A stretch of DNA of 64,000 nt from Octopus vulgaris (taxonomy: Eukaryota). The notes below the pieces were generated by a model that was not told the DNA's origin, ran no database searches, and worked only from the letters and a program-made list of their open reading frames with translations. Location of the stretch: assembly GCA_951406725.2 (NCBI GenBank), contig OX597826.1, positions 15,438,001-15,502,000 of the forward strand. Reading direction: 5' to 3'. Shown here piece after piece: positions 28,799-42,767 of this stretch. The position numbers were made by a program, and so were the translations under genes. Positions within the stretch are counted from its first letter, which is position 1, and each line of letters starts with the position of its first letter.

Positions 28799-29185
28799 GA
28801 GCGATAGAATAACGATTTATTCTAGTATTCATAAGATTGAAGTCTTATGACTGAGGAAAGGGTAAAAGATATACGTGTACATATATATTATTTATCTTTT
28901 CTTAACAACGTATAAATGTTTATATCTATCTATCTATCTAGAATGAAGGAAATGGGAGTTGTTAATTATGAAGTGAGGATAATTAGTTCCCTGAAGGTGG
29001 CTCCAATTCTAAGAACCCTATTAATCTCTAAATTTCTGTGATCTGGTTGAATGTACGTTATTTTGGCAAATTTATTCCGTCAACTGAAATGGTGGCAGAA
29101 TCAGCGATTATGTTTTGCTCCATGGATTTTAAAATATGTTAAATCATTTGAAATCGTAAAGTTCATGTATTCATCTCAGGAAAAC

Positions 29186-29263
29186 GGTGTCTTTATAATG
29201 ATATAAGCGTACTCCTTAATCAATTAAAGGAGTCGCTAGAAACGGTCGTAATGAATTGACACC
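29186..29263 (+). ncRNA. Degenerate hammerhead-like motif in a Penelope-type remnant
   Basis: ggtgtc tttat aATGATATA agcgtactcctt..aaggagtcgcta GAAAC GGTC GTA atgaa ttgacacc; helices I and II are good but the 5' core is non-canonical. Confidence 0.4.
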
Positions 29264-29372
29264 TGTCTTTCAATTGTAATTTATATTTTATTCAACTACC
29301 CCGGAATATGCTCTTCACAAATCTTGAAGTATATTATGGACTGCATATTTAATAAAATGTACATGTCTGAAT

Positions 29373-29824
29373 GTTAGCCGTATGGAAGATGGCAGAATCC
29401 CCAAGGACATACTCAATGGAGAGCTTGCTAGGAGCACTAGGTCTATGCGAAGACTGTTCTTACGATACAAGGATGTTTGCAAAAGGGACATGAAGGCCTG
29501 CAACATCAATATTAGCAACTGGGAAGCAGTTGCCAGCAACCGTGGAGATTGGCGACGTATCGTAACAGAGGGAATACAAAGGAGTGACAGAGAGAGAGAG
29601 GAGAAATGGAAATACAAGAAAAGACGTCAACAAGAAACTATGACATTACAACCAGCCAGGCGAAGTCTTCGCTACGTTTGCGGCACCTGCCAGAGGGAGT
29701 GTTTGTCCAGGATAGGACTACACAGTCACAGCAGGAGATGCATTAGGACATGAAATGTAAAAGCCGGACTAGATTATTTTATGCGCAACTCCATTGTCTC
29801 CCGAGACAAAAAGGATGCCAACAC
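29373..29824 (+). mobile_element. RTE-clade LINE, 5'-truncated 3' end
   Basis: ORF 29382-29753 RMEDGRIPKDIL.GEL...LRYKDVCKRDMK with a C-terminal C2H2 finger CGTCQRECLSRIGLHSH; 11-bp TSD catgtctgaat at 29362-29372 and 29825-29835. Confidence 0.92.
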
Positions 29825-30037
29825 CATGTCTGAATAGCTCAAGAACGGATTATATACCCAGCTGGGTCAAATTGTGTGCAGGCACTACAAGAATATCATT
29901 CTGTCAGTACTTCTTTCCCAAAGTTCATATTTACATAATACTGTTGAGTCTGTATATTATTCCAACCTAAGGAGGTGCCTCAACTTTAGTATCTAATTCA
30001 ACTAAATCTTACTTATACTATATATATATATACATAC

Positions 30038-30451
30038 TTTTTTATTCGTTTTGTTTCTGTCATTTGATTGCAGCCATGTTGGAGCGCCGCCTATGGTAGA
30101 GCCAATCGACTCTAGGATTCTTTGTGAGCCGGTCTTATTTGCCATCGGTCTTATTTGCCGAACTGCTAACTTACGGGTACGTAGACACACCATCTGTTGT
30201 CAAGTGATGGCGTGAGGAAACACACAGATACACACCAATAAATATATACACACACACATATATATACGACGGACTTCTTTCAGTTTCCTTCTATCAAACC
30301 CACTCACAAGACTGGTTGACTCGAGGCAATAGTAGAAGCCTAAGGTACCACGCAGTGGAACCGAACCCGGAACCATGTGGTTTGGAAGCAAGCTTCTTAC
30401 CACACAGCTACGCTTTCGTCTATAGCTTTTTACAACAAGCCACGCCTGCAC
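30038..30451 (-). mobile_element. SINE family C
   Basis: Reverse-complement match to the family consensus. Confidence 0.85.
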
Positions 30452-30466
30452 CGATATATATATATA

Positions 30467-30511
<45 letters not shown>

Positions 30512-30599
30512 CTATATTGATAAAAATGGTAAAACAACAAAAGAATGAAAGAGACCTCGATATTATGTAAATAGAGGAATTTCCATGCAATACCTTACC

Positions 30600-30775
30600 A
30601 TCAGAAAAAATCGATAAAATCATGCCATTTTGGGAAATCGCGTTCAAATTCAAGATGACATATTTTCGACAATATCCTTCACAAATTGGCAGGAATTTTT
30701 TTAAAATTCACAGCGAGCATCATGTCTGTTCCAGGGGCTCTTACATACTCGGGCAATGCCGGGCTATGCTGCTAG
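30600..30775 (+). mobile_element. Helitron-like 3' terminus
   Basis: cgggcaatgccggg GC-rich subterminal motif followed by CTAG|T; similar to 37598-37625. Confidence 0.55.
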
Positions 30776-30791
30776 TACTATATATATATAT

Positions 30792-31234
30792 ATGAAAGAT
30801 GGCAGAATCCCCAAGGACATACTCTACGGAGAGCTTGCTAGGGTTACTAGGTCTGTGGGTAGACCGTTCTTACGTTACAAGGATGTTTGCAAAAGGGACA
30901 TGAAGGCCTGCAACATCAATATTAGCGGTTGGGAGGCAGTTGCCGTCAACCGTGAAGAATGGCGACGTACCGTAAAAGAGGGAATACAAAGGAGTGACAG
31001 AGAGAGAGAGAGGAGAAATGGAAAGAAAGGAAGAGACGTAAACAAGAGACTATGGCACTACAACCAGCCAGGAACAGTCTTCGCTACATTTGCGTTACCT
31101 GCCAGAGGGAGTGTTTGTCCAGGATAGGACTACACAGCCACAGCAGGAAATGTATCAGGACATGAAATGTAAAAGCCGGACTAAACTACTTCATGCGCAA
31201 CTCCATTGTCTCCCGAGACAAAAAGGATGCCAAC
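30792..31234 (+). mobile_element. RTE-clade LINE 3' end, second copy (frameshifted)
   Basis: Highly similar to 29382-29824; MKDGRIPKDILYGELAR..SVGRPFLRYKD; flanked by (TA)n. Confidence 0.92.
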
Positions 31235-31647
31235 AATATATATATATATACACGCACACATATATTGTTATATTTCGGGATAGTCATTTTTTTTACCAAA
31301 TATACACACGCACTACACATATCCGTTCTTCATGCCCATTGTATCTTATGTCCATTGTGTGGAAATCTTTCTTCACCCATCTGTGACCTCTTAAGCGACT
31401 CTTCCATCCTCATATTTCCCCACCCCTGCTCTGTTTAGTCCATTATATAAACCACGCACACATACGCAGGCATTTGTATACAAGTGTATATACAGAGATA
31501 GTATGCCAACGAGCTAACTAGCTAGATAAGACTGACAGAGAGATAGATAGACAAATAACACTGATAAAAAGCGGTAGTTGAGGAAACCTATCCTAAATAG
31601 ATAAGAATTACATGCGGTCTCGTACGTATATAGAATTATCTATGTGG

Positions 31648-31689
<42 letters not shown>

Positions 31690-32279
31690 GCACACACATA
31701 TATATACATATATACACATATAGTATGAGTGCCTTGAAATCCATCTACCTATGTTGATAACCCTTCAAGCAATGACCATGCGATGAAAAGAAATATTATT
31801 AGATACCATCTTCTCTTCTAAAAGCACGAAACTTGGCTGTTATGTGTAGTAAGTCAGACGATTGCTTAGTGACACGTTCGTTGGCTGTTTTCCTTCAGTT
31901 CTCGGTCAGCCCTGATGGAGGAGATATTTAGTCAAAAATATTCTCTAAATAGCCACCACGTCTATTTTAGGTATATTTATAGCTACGTTACGTAATATTT
32001 CCCATCTTTATCTAAGACGGTAGAGTGTAATTTGAGAGAAATTTCTTTGCTATGTCTTTCGCAGGCGAGTAGCTGTTAGGTGTCTTTGTTGTGTGTGTTG
32101 TGTACATATATATATATATATATATAAATTATATAAATATATATATGTATATATAATATATATTATTTATATGTGTGTGTGCGTGTGTACATATACATGC
32201 ATATATGTATGTATATATAACACGCACATACATTCTCCTCGCACACATACGCGCACACACCTATATATATATATACAAG

Positions 32280-32560
32280 CAGCCTGTGTGTTAAAAAGTT
32301 TGCTTTACGACTTCTAAGTTCCGGGTTCATTCCTGTCATCTTGAGCAAGTCTCTTATTTACTGCCCCTGACCGACAGAAGCCTTGTGAAGCCTTGTGAAT
32401 TGATCTGAAATGTGGAAAATGAGAGAAGCCCATTGCGTGCTCTGTGTGTATGTCTGACCGTCTGTAACTCTCGTCTAACGCACGACAGCCTGTTCGATTT
32501 CACCTTTCATGGCGATGCCCCAGCATGGCCACATTCCAATGACTGAAACAAATAAAAGAT
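32280..32560 (+). mobile_element. SINE family C, decayed
   Basis: ccgggttcattcc..ttgagcaagt..gccccagcatggccac..gactgaaacaa. Confidence 0.7.
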
Positions 32561-32674
32561 TGAACATAAGACAATATGTATATTTTGTGTGTCTGTGTGA
32601 TTGTGTACTTGATATACGAGCTTAAGTCTACGTATATTTTATAGCAGAACGTGCTCGTTAAGTACGTGTCTATG

Positions 32675-32677
<3 letters not shown>

Positions 32678-32748
<71 letters not shown>

Positions 32749-33390
32749 TGTGTGTTTGTTTGTGTGTTGGTGTGTAATATATCTGAACGAAGTATCTGTG
32801 TGAGTATGGATTCACTGTTTGTGTGCGATTCCTGTGTCTGAAGCGTGTTGGTCAAAGTATGTGAACCTCTATGCGTGTATATGTTTGTGTATGTGTGTGT
32901 ATGAGTGTGTGTGTGTGTCTGTGTTTGTGTATGTGAGTGAGTCTGTTTGTGTGTATGTGTATTTGTGTGTGTGTGTATGAGTGTGTGTGCATCTGTGTAT
33001 GTGTGTGAGTGTGCTTGTGTGTATGTGTATTTGTGTGTGTGTGTGTCTGTGTTTGTGTATGTGTGTGAGTGTGTTTGTGTGTATGTGTATTTATTTGTGT
33101 GTGTATGTGTGTGACTGTGTTTGTGTGTATGTGTATTTGTGTGTGTGTGTATGCGAATTTGTGAGTGTATGTGAGTGTGTTTGTGTATATATGTATTTGT
33201 GTGTTTGTATGAGTGTGTGTGTGTCTGTGTATGTGTGTGAGTGTGTTTGTGTGTACGTGTATTTGTGTGTGTGTATGAGTGTGTGTGTATGTGTGTGTCT
33301 GTGTATGTGTATTTGTGTGTGTGTGTCTGAGCGTGTGTATGAGTGTGTGTATGTGTGTGTGTAAGTGTATGTGTTTCTGTGTGTCTGTGA
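32678..33390. repeat. Long degenerate (TG)n tract
   Basis: Seen directly. Confidence 0.9.
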
Positions 33391-33649
33391 ACGCATCTTC
33401 ATGGTGTCAGTATGTACATGTGTGGTCATGCGTATGTGATTATGGACAGTTTATGAACGATGGCTGCATGTGGTGTGTGTATATGTGTATTTGTGAGTGA
33501 AAGAGTGTAATGCCTGCTTACATATTTGGTGAGAGTATGTACATGCATGTGGCGTATGTCACTGTGTGAGTGGATTGTCAATGTGTATTACATGTATGCA
33601 CGTCTGCATGGTTCTGCGTATATGTGCGCTACGTGGTGTATGTGGTATA

Positions 33650-33879
33650 GGCGGCGAGCTGGCAGAATCGTTAGCGCGCCGGGCGAAATGCTTAGCGGTA
33701 TTTCGTCTGCGTTACGTTGTGAGTTCAAATTCCGCCGAGGTCGACTTTGCCTTTCATCCTTTCGGGGTCGATAAATTAAGTACCAGTTACGCACTGGGGT
33801 CGATGTAATCGACTTAATACCTATGTCTGTCCTTGTTTGTCCCTTCTGTGTTTAGCCCCTTGTGGGTAGTAAAGAAATA
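33650..33879 (+). mobile_element. SINE family B (Nin-domain-like), full monomer with Tx1-like tail
   Basis: ggcggcgagctggcagaatcgttag head, gagttcaaattcc B-box, Nin-like core; short flanking duplication ggtata. Confidence 0.9.
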
Positions 33880-34820
33880 GGTATATGCATGTTTGTAATG
33901 CGGCGTGTATGCGATATATATGTGTATAGATGTGTATGTGAATATGTGCATGTCTGCGTATGCGCTCGCATGTGCATGATGTGTGTGTGTGTGTGTGATG
34001 GGAAGAGTGTGCGTGTTTCTGTGCGCACATGAATGCGAGAGTTCACTATAGACGGATTGATACGGAAATAGACGAGGAGGTGGTTCGTAGAATTTGAGAC
34101 GTATCGAGGAAGGCGCAATGAAAAGAGAGGGTGAGAGGTTTCAAAAGAGACGTCAGAGGTGGAGGAGAGGATAATCGATGAGTGTAAAACAAAGAGGGAG
34201 GAGGTGGGGAGAAGAGAACTAAAGAGAGAAAAAGTTGTATAGAAGTGGAGAAGGAGGGGTAAAGAGAAAGTAGGAAAGGTGTGAGTATGTGTTTGTGTGA
34301 GTTTGTGTGTGTTAATATATGTGTGTGTATCTATGTTTATATGCATCTATGTATGCATGATGCGTATGTACGTGTATGAAAGCATGTGGATGAGGTTAAT
34401 GTATACAGTAGCATGCGCATACTTGTTTAGGATGCAAACTCGTACAGGTGCAAGAAGACAAAGACAAATGCTGAAACGCGCACAGACACATGCATATAAA
34501 GAGAGAGAGAGAAGGGAAAGAGTGAGAGAGAGAGAGGGAAGGGAGACAGAGTGAAAGAGGTGGAAGAGAGAAAATGCAGATGTGTGTATGTGTGTATATA
34601 TATACACACACACACTTATATATATATATATATATTTATATGTATATATGTATGTACACATACACGTACACACACGCACACACAAATATGTATTTAGATC
34701 TTTAGATATTTGCATAAACATCTTTATATATATATATACTATATATCTACCCTCTTTGTAATGTTGGCAAATGAAATAAATATAAAAATGTACATTGTCT
34801 ATTTAATTAAAAAAATTCTA

Positions 34821-34912
34821 TGTGTGGCTGAAGATTGCTCTACATTTAAAAACTGATGTAATACTTACATTGCTTAATAAAATGAAGTAGCATGAAACGA
34901 TTGTACTACACA
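34821..34912 (+). ncRNA. Minimal type-I hammerhead ribozyme with long helix II
   Basis: tgtgtgg CTGAAGA ttgctctacattt...aaatgaagtagcat GAA AC GATT GT A ctacaca; 7-bp helix I, GUA triplet; lies in a ~200-bp segment between TA-rich tracts. Confidence 0.75.
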
Positions 34913-34952
34913 ACCTTGGATATCCTTGTTGCTTATTTTGATTATATATATA

Positions 34953-35016
<64 letters not shown>

Positions 35017-35020
35017 CACA

Positions 35021-35408
35021 CTAGCTTAAAAGCAGCTCGATAAGGCGGCTTTTAATCTAGCATGTAGCTTTTAAGCAACTAACCCCGAATGGGAAGATCT
35101 ACAAACAGATCTCTGACTTCTTTTGGAGAATTTATTGCAATTGCATCCTCCAGAGTCATATCCCAATCATGATCATCTTCGTCGCTAAAAATCGCAAAAA
35201 AAAAAAAGAAAAAGAAATAAATATCGCTGAAAACAATCGAGTAATGAAAACATAGGAATCCAAAATTTCAGGATTGCCGGTGCGGAATGTCTTTGATTTA
35301 CTGAAGGATTGAGCCTGATTTCAAAATGGAATGTTATGTTGGACTACGGCCTCTAGGAATAGACTTGAAAACGTGCAACACATTAATACTTATATTTATT
35401 ATATCAGA
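35021..35408 (-). mobile_element. Non-autonomous Helitron
   Basis: Minus strand starts A|TCtgatataataaa and ends with hairpin aaaagccgc..gctgctttt then CTAG|T. Confidence 0.6.
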
Positions 35409-35456
35409 TATGTTTAATTATGGGAAAACTGTATTTCAACTAAAATGTATTTTATC

Positions 35457-35500
<44 letters not shown>

Positions 35501-35654
35501 CTTTATTTAAAGCAGCAGAAAATTCAACAAAACCTGTTACTCTGAGTAACAGGTTTTGTTGAATTTTCTGCTGCTTTAAATAAAGCATATTGCTCTACCA
35601 CTGGTATTTGAGTACTCTTTTTTCCACCTTGTTTCACATTCATGTGTTTACTCC

Positions 35655-35657
<3 letters not shown>
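35501..35657. mobile_element. Penelope-type remnant with perfect terminal fold-back, between (TA)n
   Basis: ctttatttaaagcagcagaaaattcaacaaaacctgttactc t gagtaacaggttttgttgaattttctgctgctttaaataaag: 42-bp perfect arms. Confidence 0.6.
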
Positions 35658-35742
<85 letters not shown>

Positions 35743-35743
35743 T

Positions 35744-35791
<48 letters not shown>

Positions 35792-35794
35792 CTA

Positions 35795-35975
35795 TTTTTA
35801 CTTGTTTCAGTCATTTGACTGCGGCCATGCTGCAGCACCGCATTTAGTCGAACAAATCGACACCAGGACTTATTTTTTGTAAGACTAGCTCTTATTCTAT
35901 CGCTTCTTTGTGCCGAACTGCTAAGTTACGGGGACGGAAAAATACACTAACATTTGTTGTCAAGCGATAGTGGGG

Positions 35976-36006
<31 letters not shown>

Positions 36007-36151
36007 TATATATGACGGGATTCTTTCAGTTTCCACTCACAACGCTTTGGTCGGCCCGAGGTTATTGGAGAAGACACTTGCCCAAGGTGCCACGCAGTGA
36101 CACCTCTGTGGTTGGGAAGCAAGTTTCTTACAACACAGCCACTCCTGCGCC
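35795..36151 (-). mobile_element. SINE family C
   Basis: Reverse-complement match; the head ends cctgcgcc. Confidence 0.88.
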
Positions 36152-36163
36152 TATATATATATA

Positions 36164-37624
36164 TCTATATATAAAACTGAGAATGTGTGTCTGTCTTTCT
36201 GTCTGTTTGTGCGTTCCCCTAAAACTTGAGAACTACACGACCATTTTTATTCAAATTTTACACATGCCTTACTTAGGGTCCATGTAGTTTCATGGGAAAA
36301 AATGTTCAACTTGTTGCCTAGGGCGAGCCCATAGCAATATCATATCTTGTCCACTATTTCAGTATTACGTGTTAAAAGTGAAACAAAAACATTTCTCTAT
36401 TTTATGTCAGATGCTTTCACTTCAACAATAAAAATTAGAGATAATAATAACAATTGAATTATATGTAGCAAGTAATAATTAAAATCAAACTAAAGTATAA
36501 TATAATCGTAACATAACAAAAGTAAAAATAGCAATTGGTATAAAATTGCATCAATGACTTGAACATGAATAATTGGTTTCACATGAATGAGAATAAATTC
36601 AAAATAAAATTAGCGTGCAGAAATGGAATAGTCCAGATGGACTATTATACATAAAGGACTATAGCTTCAACTGCGTACTGCTTTTTGATTCACCGTTAAG
36701 TTTGTTGTTATTATTATTACTGTTTAAATATTGTTATCACGTTTGTTGGTTCCTCGTAAGGGAAACGTTGTGTTGCATTTGTTAAATAATTTTAAACTGT
36801 AACCCTCCCCCTTTGGGAGAAGGAGCTTTAGTTATTGTTTAAAAATTAAATCGTGTCCCTGTTTGGGGAAATTGACAATATTTTCACCGTTTACACGGAA
36901 GCATTTTTCTTAGATTGCCTTTGATAGAAGAAAGTTCAAAAATGAATTTCGCTGCAGCCGTAGGCGGCCGCGAACTCATTAGAATTAAAATGGAAGAAAT
37001 ACAAACCTATTTCGGATTGATCACCGACAAAGACGGTGAATCTAGGATAACACCACCAAACGAAATAAAAATTTAAATTAAAGAAAAGACTATTGTCTAT
37101 AAAGTATTCAATGTAGAGAAGAAAAAAAGATTTGAACACCTGGAGGAAAGCACCATCGAAAAGTGTCTTGGTGCGACTATGAAAGATATCTAACCAGAGG
37201 CAGTAAATTCGCCACAATAGAAGCAAGGTTCGAGCCCACGGAGCGTGCAAAGGAGTACTCAACTGGAACCTTGCAAAGTGGAAATATTTTATTTTCACCT
37301 TTATATCTGGGACGTAGGACGCCCCGGATAAAAATTAAAAATGTCCCCCCAGAAGTAGAGGTAGGCTGGATTGTAGCCACACTTCTATACAAGAGGGAGG
37401 ACAAGATACAATTGATCGAAATTGCAAGAGACATGCCTACAATTCCAGTCTGTTATATATTTTGAGTATTGTTATCACTAGCGATATCAAGATATAACTT
37501 TGTATTTTGTATTTTATGTGTAGATGTATATATATAGATGTACATGTAATATGTACACATATATATACATATATATATACATGCACTAGCACTATGACCC
37601 GGCAATGACGGGTCATAATGCTAG
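36164..37624 (+). mobile_element. Non-autonomous Helitron (putative extent)
   Basis: 5' A|TCtatatataaaactgagaatgtgtgtctgtc...caaattttacac; 3' hairpin tgacccggcaatgacgggtca then CTAG|T. Confidence 0.6.
36960..37435 (+). pseudogene. Fragment resembling Tx1/L1-type ORF1 (RRM-like), inside the Helitron
   Basis: RYLTRGSKFATIEARF...PLYLGRRTPRIKIKNVPPEVEVGWIVATL; non-repetitive, protein-like composition. Confidence 0.4.
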
Positions 37625-37640
37625 TATATATATATATACG

Positions 37641-37687
<47 letters not shown>

Positions 37688-37823
37688 AGTCTCTGGATTC
37701 GGCCCGGATGATCCTCCTATCAATATATTTGGTTAAATCCAGTTGGCATCAGGATTGTTTCTAACAACCCCTTACGTGGATATTGCTTCCCCAAAATCTG
37801 AATATATATACATATATATATAT

Positions 37824-38089
<266 letters not shown>

Positions 38090-38377
38090 TATATATATGT
38101 GTGTGTGTGTGTGTGAATGCGAATGTGTATGTGTGTCAAAGAAAGCAAAAACTAAAAAAAAAATGATAGTGTTCAGTAGTTGGTCCAGTATGCTGGCCAC
38201 AGGAATTTCTGTCCAGGAAAGTTGTACATCATCTCCCTCTTTCTCTAACATAACCCCCACTCCCTCTCTTATTATTACTCCCATTGTCACAGTCAACACA
38301 CTACTACTAACACTAAAACTTAATCAACTCTCCCTAAATGTTTTGTCTCTCTTTCTCTCGCTCTCTTTTTCTTATCT

Positions 38378-38437
<60 letters not shown>

Positions 38438-38994
38438 TCTCTGTCATTGCCACCGCCCTCACCGTCTCTATGCCTACTATTATTCTAACGAGGAAGTGTC
38501 ATTTAATAGTGAAAGAGAAGGTCAAAGTGTGACACACTGACACACAGAAATTAGTTTTCGTATTTATTATATTAGATATGTGTGTGTGTGTGTATGCATG
38601 CATATGTGTACTTTTGTATGTGTGCGACACATATGCAAGTATATATGTTTGTGCGTGTGAAGAAAGGTACATAAATAGATAGATCGATTAAGAAGCAAAT
38701 AGATAGATAGATATACATATACATATGCGTATGCAATTGTGTGTGCATATGCGTGTGTATGTGTGTGTCTTTCTGTGTGACTGTGGCTGTGTGCGTGTAA
38801 AAATCCCAAATCCAAGTTCTCTACATACATTCATGCAAACATATACGCATACATTTGTGGGTATGAGTATATCTATATGTCAGACTATGTATATACGGTG
38901 CAAATCGTGATAGACTTACTGTTTAGGACAGAATTGCTTTATTTATCCAAATACCACCGAGATAATCTTTATTTTCCAAGCCACTGTTCAAGTA

Positions 38995-39147
38995 ATAGCG
39001 GGCATGACCTTCGTGTTAAGAAGCTCGCTTGCAACCAAACGGTAACGGGTTCAGTCCCACTGCATTGTGCATAAGGCAAGTGTCTTGCTCTGGTCGACCA
39101 CTGCGTTGTGAGTGAATTTGGTACAGAGAATCTGTGAAAGCCCATCG

Positions 39148-39219
<72 letters not shown>

Positions 39220-39390
39220 TGTGTGTGTGTGTGCGTTTGTCCCTTAACATTACTTGACAACCGGTGTCGATTTTCTTAGAATAGAATTATTAGCAGTGTC
39301 GGAACAATTTGTTCGCTTAAAACGTTTCAAAACGGTTCCTCAGTATGGCTGCAGCCCAATAACTGAGACACCAAAGAGATGAAAAAATAA
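38995..39390 (+). mobile_element. SINE family C, decayed, with (GA)n middle
   Basis: gggttcagtcccactgc..ggcaagtgtctt..cttgacaaccgg. Confidence 0.75.
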
Positions 39391-40139
39391 AAAGGCGTCC
39401 ATGCATTGAAGGACACACTATCGACTGGCTCTTCAATAGAAAACTGTATGGTTCTTGAACCTTTCAAGAATAGCCTTATATGCCCTATCACACGGAACAA
39501 AGATTTAAACGGTGTGTGTATTTGTTCGTGTGCAGTAAATGTATATAAATGTGTGTTGTCAATAAATGTATGTACATATTTTTATACTTGTATTGTTGAT
39601 GTTGATATTTAATATCAGGCCATGTTTAGTGGTTTAGACCTGTACCAGCACTTCTTGGAAACTACATTATCTCGTGACTACATTAATCACAAAATTCGGG
39701 TGTGATTTGATGTTTCTTTCATTGCTAGATTCTACATATCATATTGCCTCACATGTGAGTGTATATGTGTGTATGTAGTTGTGCATCTACGTGTTTTTTG
39801 CATGTGTGCTTATGTTTTTGTGTGAGAATACGTGTATGCATATATGTATGTACGTAAAATGCTTTTAGTTATATGTGCATGTATGTTTGCTCACGATTAT
39901 TCTGTGTATATTCGTGCGTTTGTGCAAGTGTGTATATATACATACATACACACACAAATGCAAACACACACGCATGCACACACACATACACACGCACACA
40001 CATAATACTTACGTATGCCAGTGTGTGTATCTATATGCATGTCTCTGTATGTCTGCCCGAGCGTTAATACATGCACAATAGTGAGATATATATGCGTATA
40101 TGTGCATGTATACATATGCACGTATGTATGTATGTATGC

Positions 40140-40174
<35 letters not shown>

Positions 40175-40192
40175 GTATATGTATATATATAC

Positions 40193-40297
<105 letters not shown>

Positions 40298-41624
40298 CAT
40301 ATATGAATGTGAGCACTTTTATGTATGTGTGAAATAAATCGTTAATCATCGCCCATTTATTTTTTATAGCCTAACATTCGAAACCCGACAAAAGACGGTA
40401 TAGCTAAAAATCAGAATATTGAAGCGAATTCAATGATACAGCAGTCAGAAAAATCTTGATAATAATGGTTTCTGATTGAGGCGTTAAAGGCGGTAATTTT
40501 GAGGGAAAGGGGTTATCTGATAGTATCGACCTCAATGCTCGGCAGATACGTTATTTCATCTACCCTGAAATACCGATGTATAGAGAGGGATATTATATAC
40601 ACAAGACTTTTCCGATGCTCTACTAATTTTTCCAGAAAGTAATATCGTTAATAATGACTTTAGATCTTGGCCCAGCGCCAGCAGATTTATGATGCGATGG
40701 CGAAGTTGATTACACCCACGCCATTCCTTGACTGATACTTATTCTATCGACTCCGCAAAGGTTGGAAGGCAAAGTGGACTTCAGCAGAATTCGAATCCAG
40801 AACGGACGGAATTTGGCTAAGACGTAAATAGATGCGGTATCTTGCGATACGAAGCTTCCAGAGTTACTTCGAACACTACTAGGTTACAATTTTAGGAAGT
40901 TGTTCAAACTTCCCTATTTTAAAGTAATCCAGAAGAGACTGTCCAAAGAGTTCTGCATTGCACTAAGTCACTCGCAGGCAATCGTCGCTCACAGAATTTT
41001 TTCCGCTTCACCGACTGTTAGAGCACTGTGGCTGTCTGGTAACATCCAAAACGCTAAACACATAATGTCCGTTTAAGACTGACGCATGGTTGTAGCTCAA
41101 TCAAAGAGAAGAGTTTACAGAAAGTATGTTGCAAAAAAAAAAAAACCTCTCTTACTAAATCAGGTTTATTTTCGTTGTTGTCAACATTGCAGCGGTCGTC
41201 AAGATACCTCTGTCGGTGCATCTGCCTATGTGAATGCCATCGAATTATCTACTGCGACATCAGACTACATCGAAATAGGCGTTGACAGTAGATGTATTGT
41301 CTGACCAGCTGAACTTGTCTTGCTGCAGGTCCACGTTGCCTTTCATCCTTTCGGGGTCGATAACGTAAGCACCAGTAAAGTCCATGTAATCAACTTCACC
41401 CAACCAGCATAAATCTGCTAGTCCTGTACCAAGATTTGAAATCATTATCAACGATATTACGCGCTGGAAGTATCAGCAGCAATAGAGCATCGGAAAATAC
41501 ATGTCCGTAGTTGTGAGACATGTCAACCCCCTCACAATCTTCTTTATTTGAAAATCCGTTCAAAGACAGAGTTGCTGCTGCTGTTGCTGTTGCTGCTACT
41601 GCTGCTGTTACTACGACTTATCAT

Positions 41625-41955
41625 AATAATAATAATAATAATAATCGTTTCTAATATAGGCACAAGGCCTGAAATTTGGGGGGAGGGGTATAGTTAATTG
41701 CATCGAGTACAGTGTTTAACTGGTACTCAATTTATCGACCTCGAAATGATGAAAGGCAAAGTCGACTTCGGCGTCAGAACGTAAAAATGGGCGAAATTCC
41801 AACCTGCTTGCTAAAAATTCTGCCAGCTCGTAGCCTTCGTCTAATAATAATCATAATGGTTTCAAATTTTGCCACAAGGGAACAAATTTGAGGGGATGGG
41901 TACTTATTTTATCGACCATGACAGGCAAAGTCGACCTCGGCGGAATTTGAAATAA
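41625..41955 (-). mobile_element. SINE family B copies (two, ATT-tailed)
   Basis: gatgaaaggcaaagtcgac core in reverse; further decayed copies at 40460-40820, 41330-41450 and 43650-43830. Confidence 0.75.
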
Positions 41956-41965
41956 TAATAATAAT

Positions 41966-42030
<65 letters not shown>

Positions 42031-42129
42031 GAAGAAGAAGAAGAAGAAGAAGAAAAAGAAGACGAATAGTAATAATAAGGATAATGATGATGAGGATGAT
42101 AATAATAATAAAAATTAAAAAAAATTATG

Positions 42130-42181
<52 letters not shown>

Positions 42182-42195
42182 ATTTATTATTATTA
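41953..42195. repeat. (TAA)n/(GAA)n microsatellite
   Basis: Seen directly. Confidence 0.95.
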
Positions 42196-42199
42196 TTAC

Positions 42200-42696
42200 A
42201 ATACAGTTTTAACATCATTAACGAGAAGCTTACAGAACTCCACTGTCTCGGCCGGAAGACAAGAAAACTACTAATATCTAAGAACTTGCACCACTCAAAA
42301 ACAGATGTCGATCGTCTATACCTATCTAGAAGTAATGAGGGAAGACGAATGATGTGGGTAGAACTGTGCTATAAGACCTCCACAATAGCAATGGACATAT
42401 ACTTGTCTAGTACAGAGGACTGGATGCTGCGGCTTGTGTGCAAACACGAACGCAGCAAAAACTCACATTCTATTCTCAAAGAAGCTTGGAAATTCGCAGA
42501 CAAGCATAATGGATCAAACAGGCTACAAAAACAGAACGGGCAGTAACAAATTGAGGTGCGGTGGAGCCAGAAGGCTCTGCATGGATAGTATATACTTCGA
42601 AACTAAAATGCTGATGCACACCAAGCAACAACCAATCAGTGGCTGAGAAGCTCAGGATTGAAAGCAGACAAATTCAAAGCATATATCAAACATATG

Positions 42697-42767
<71 letters not shown>

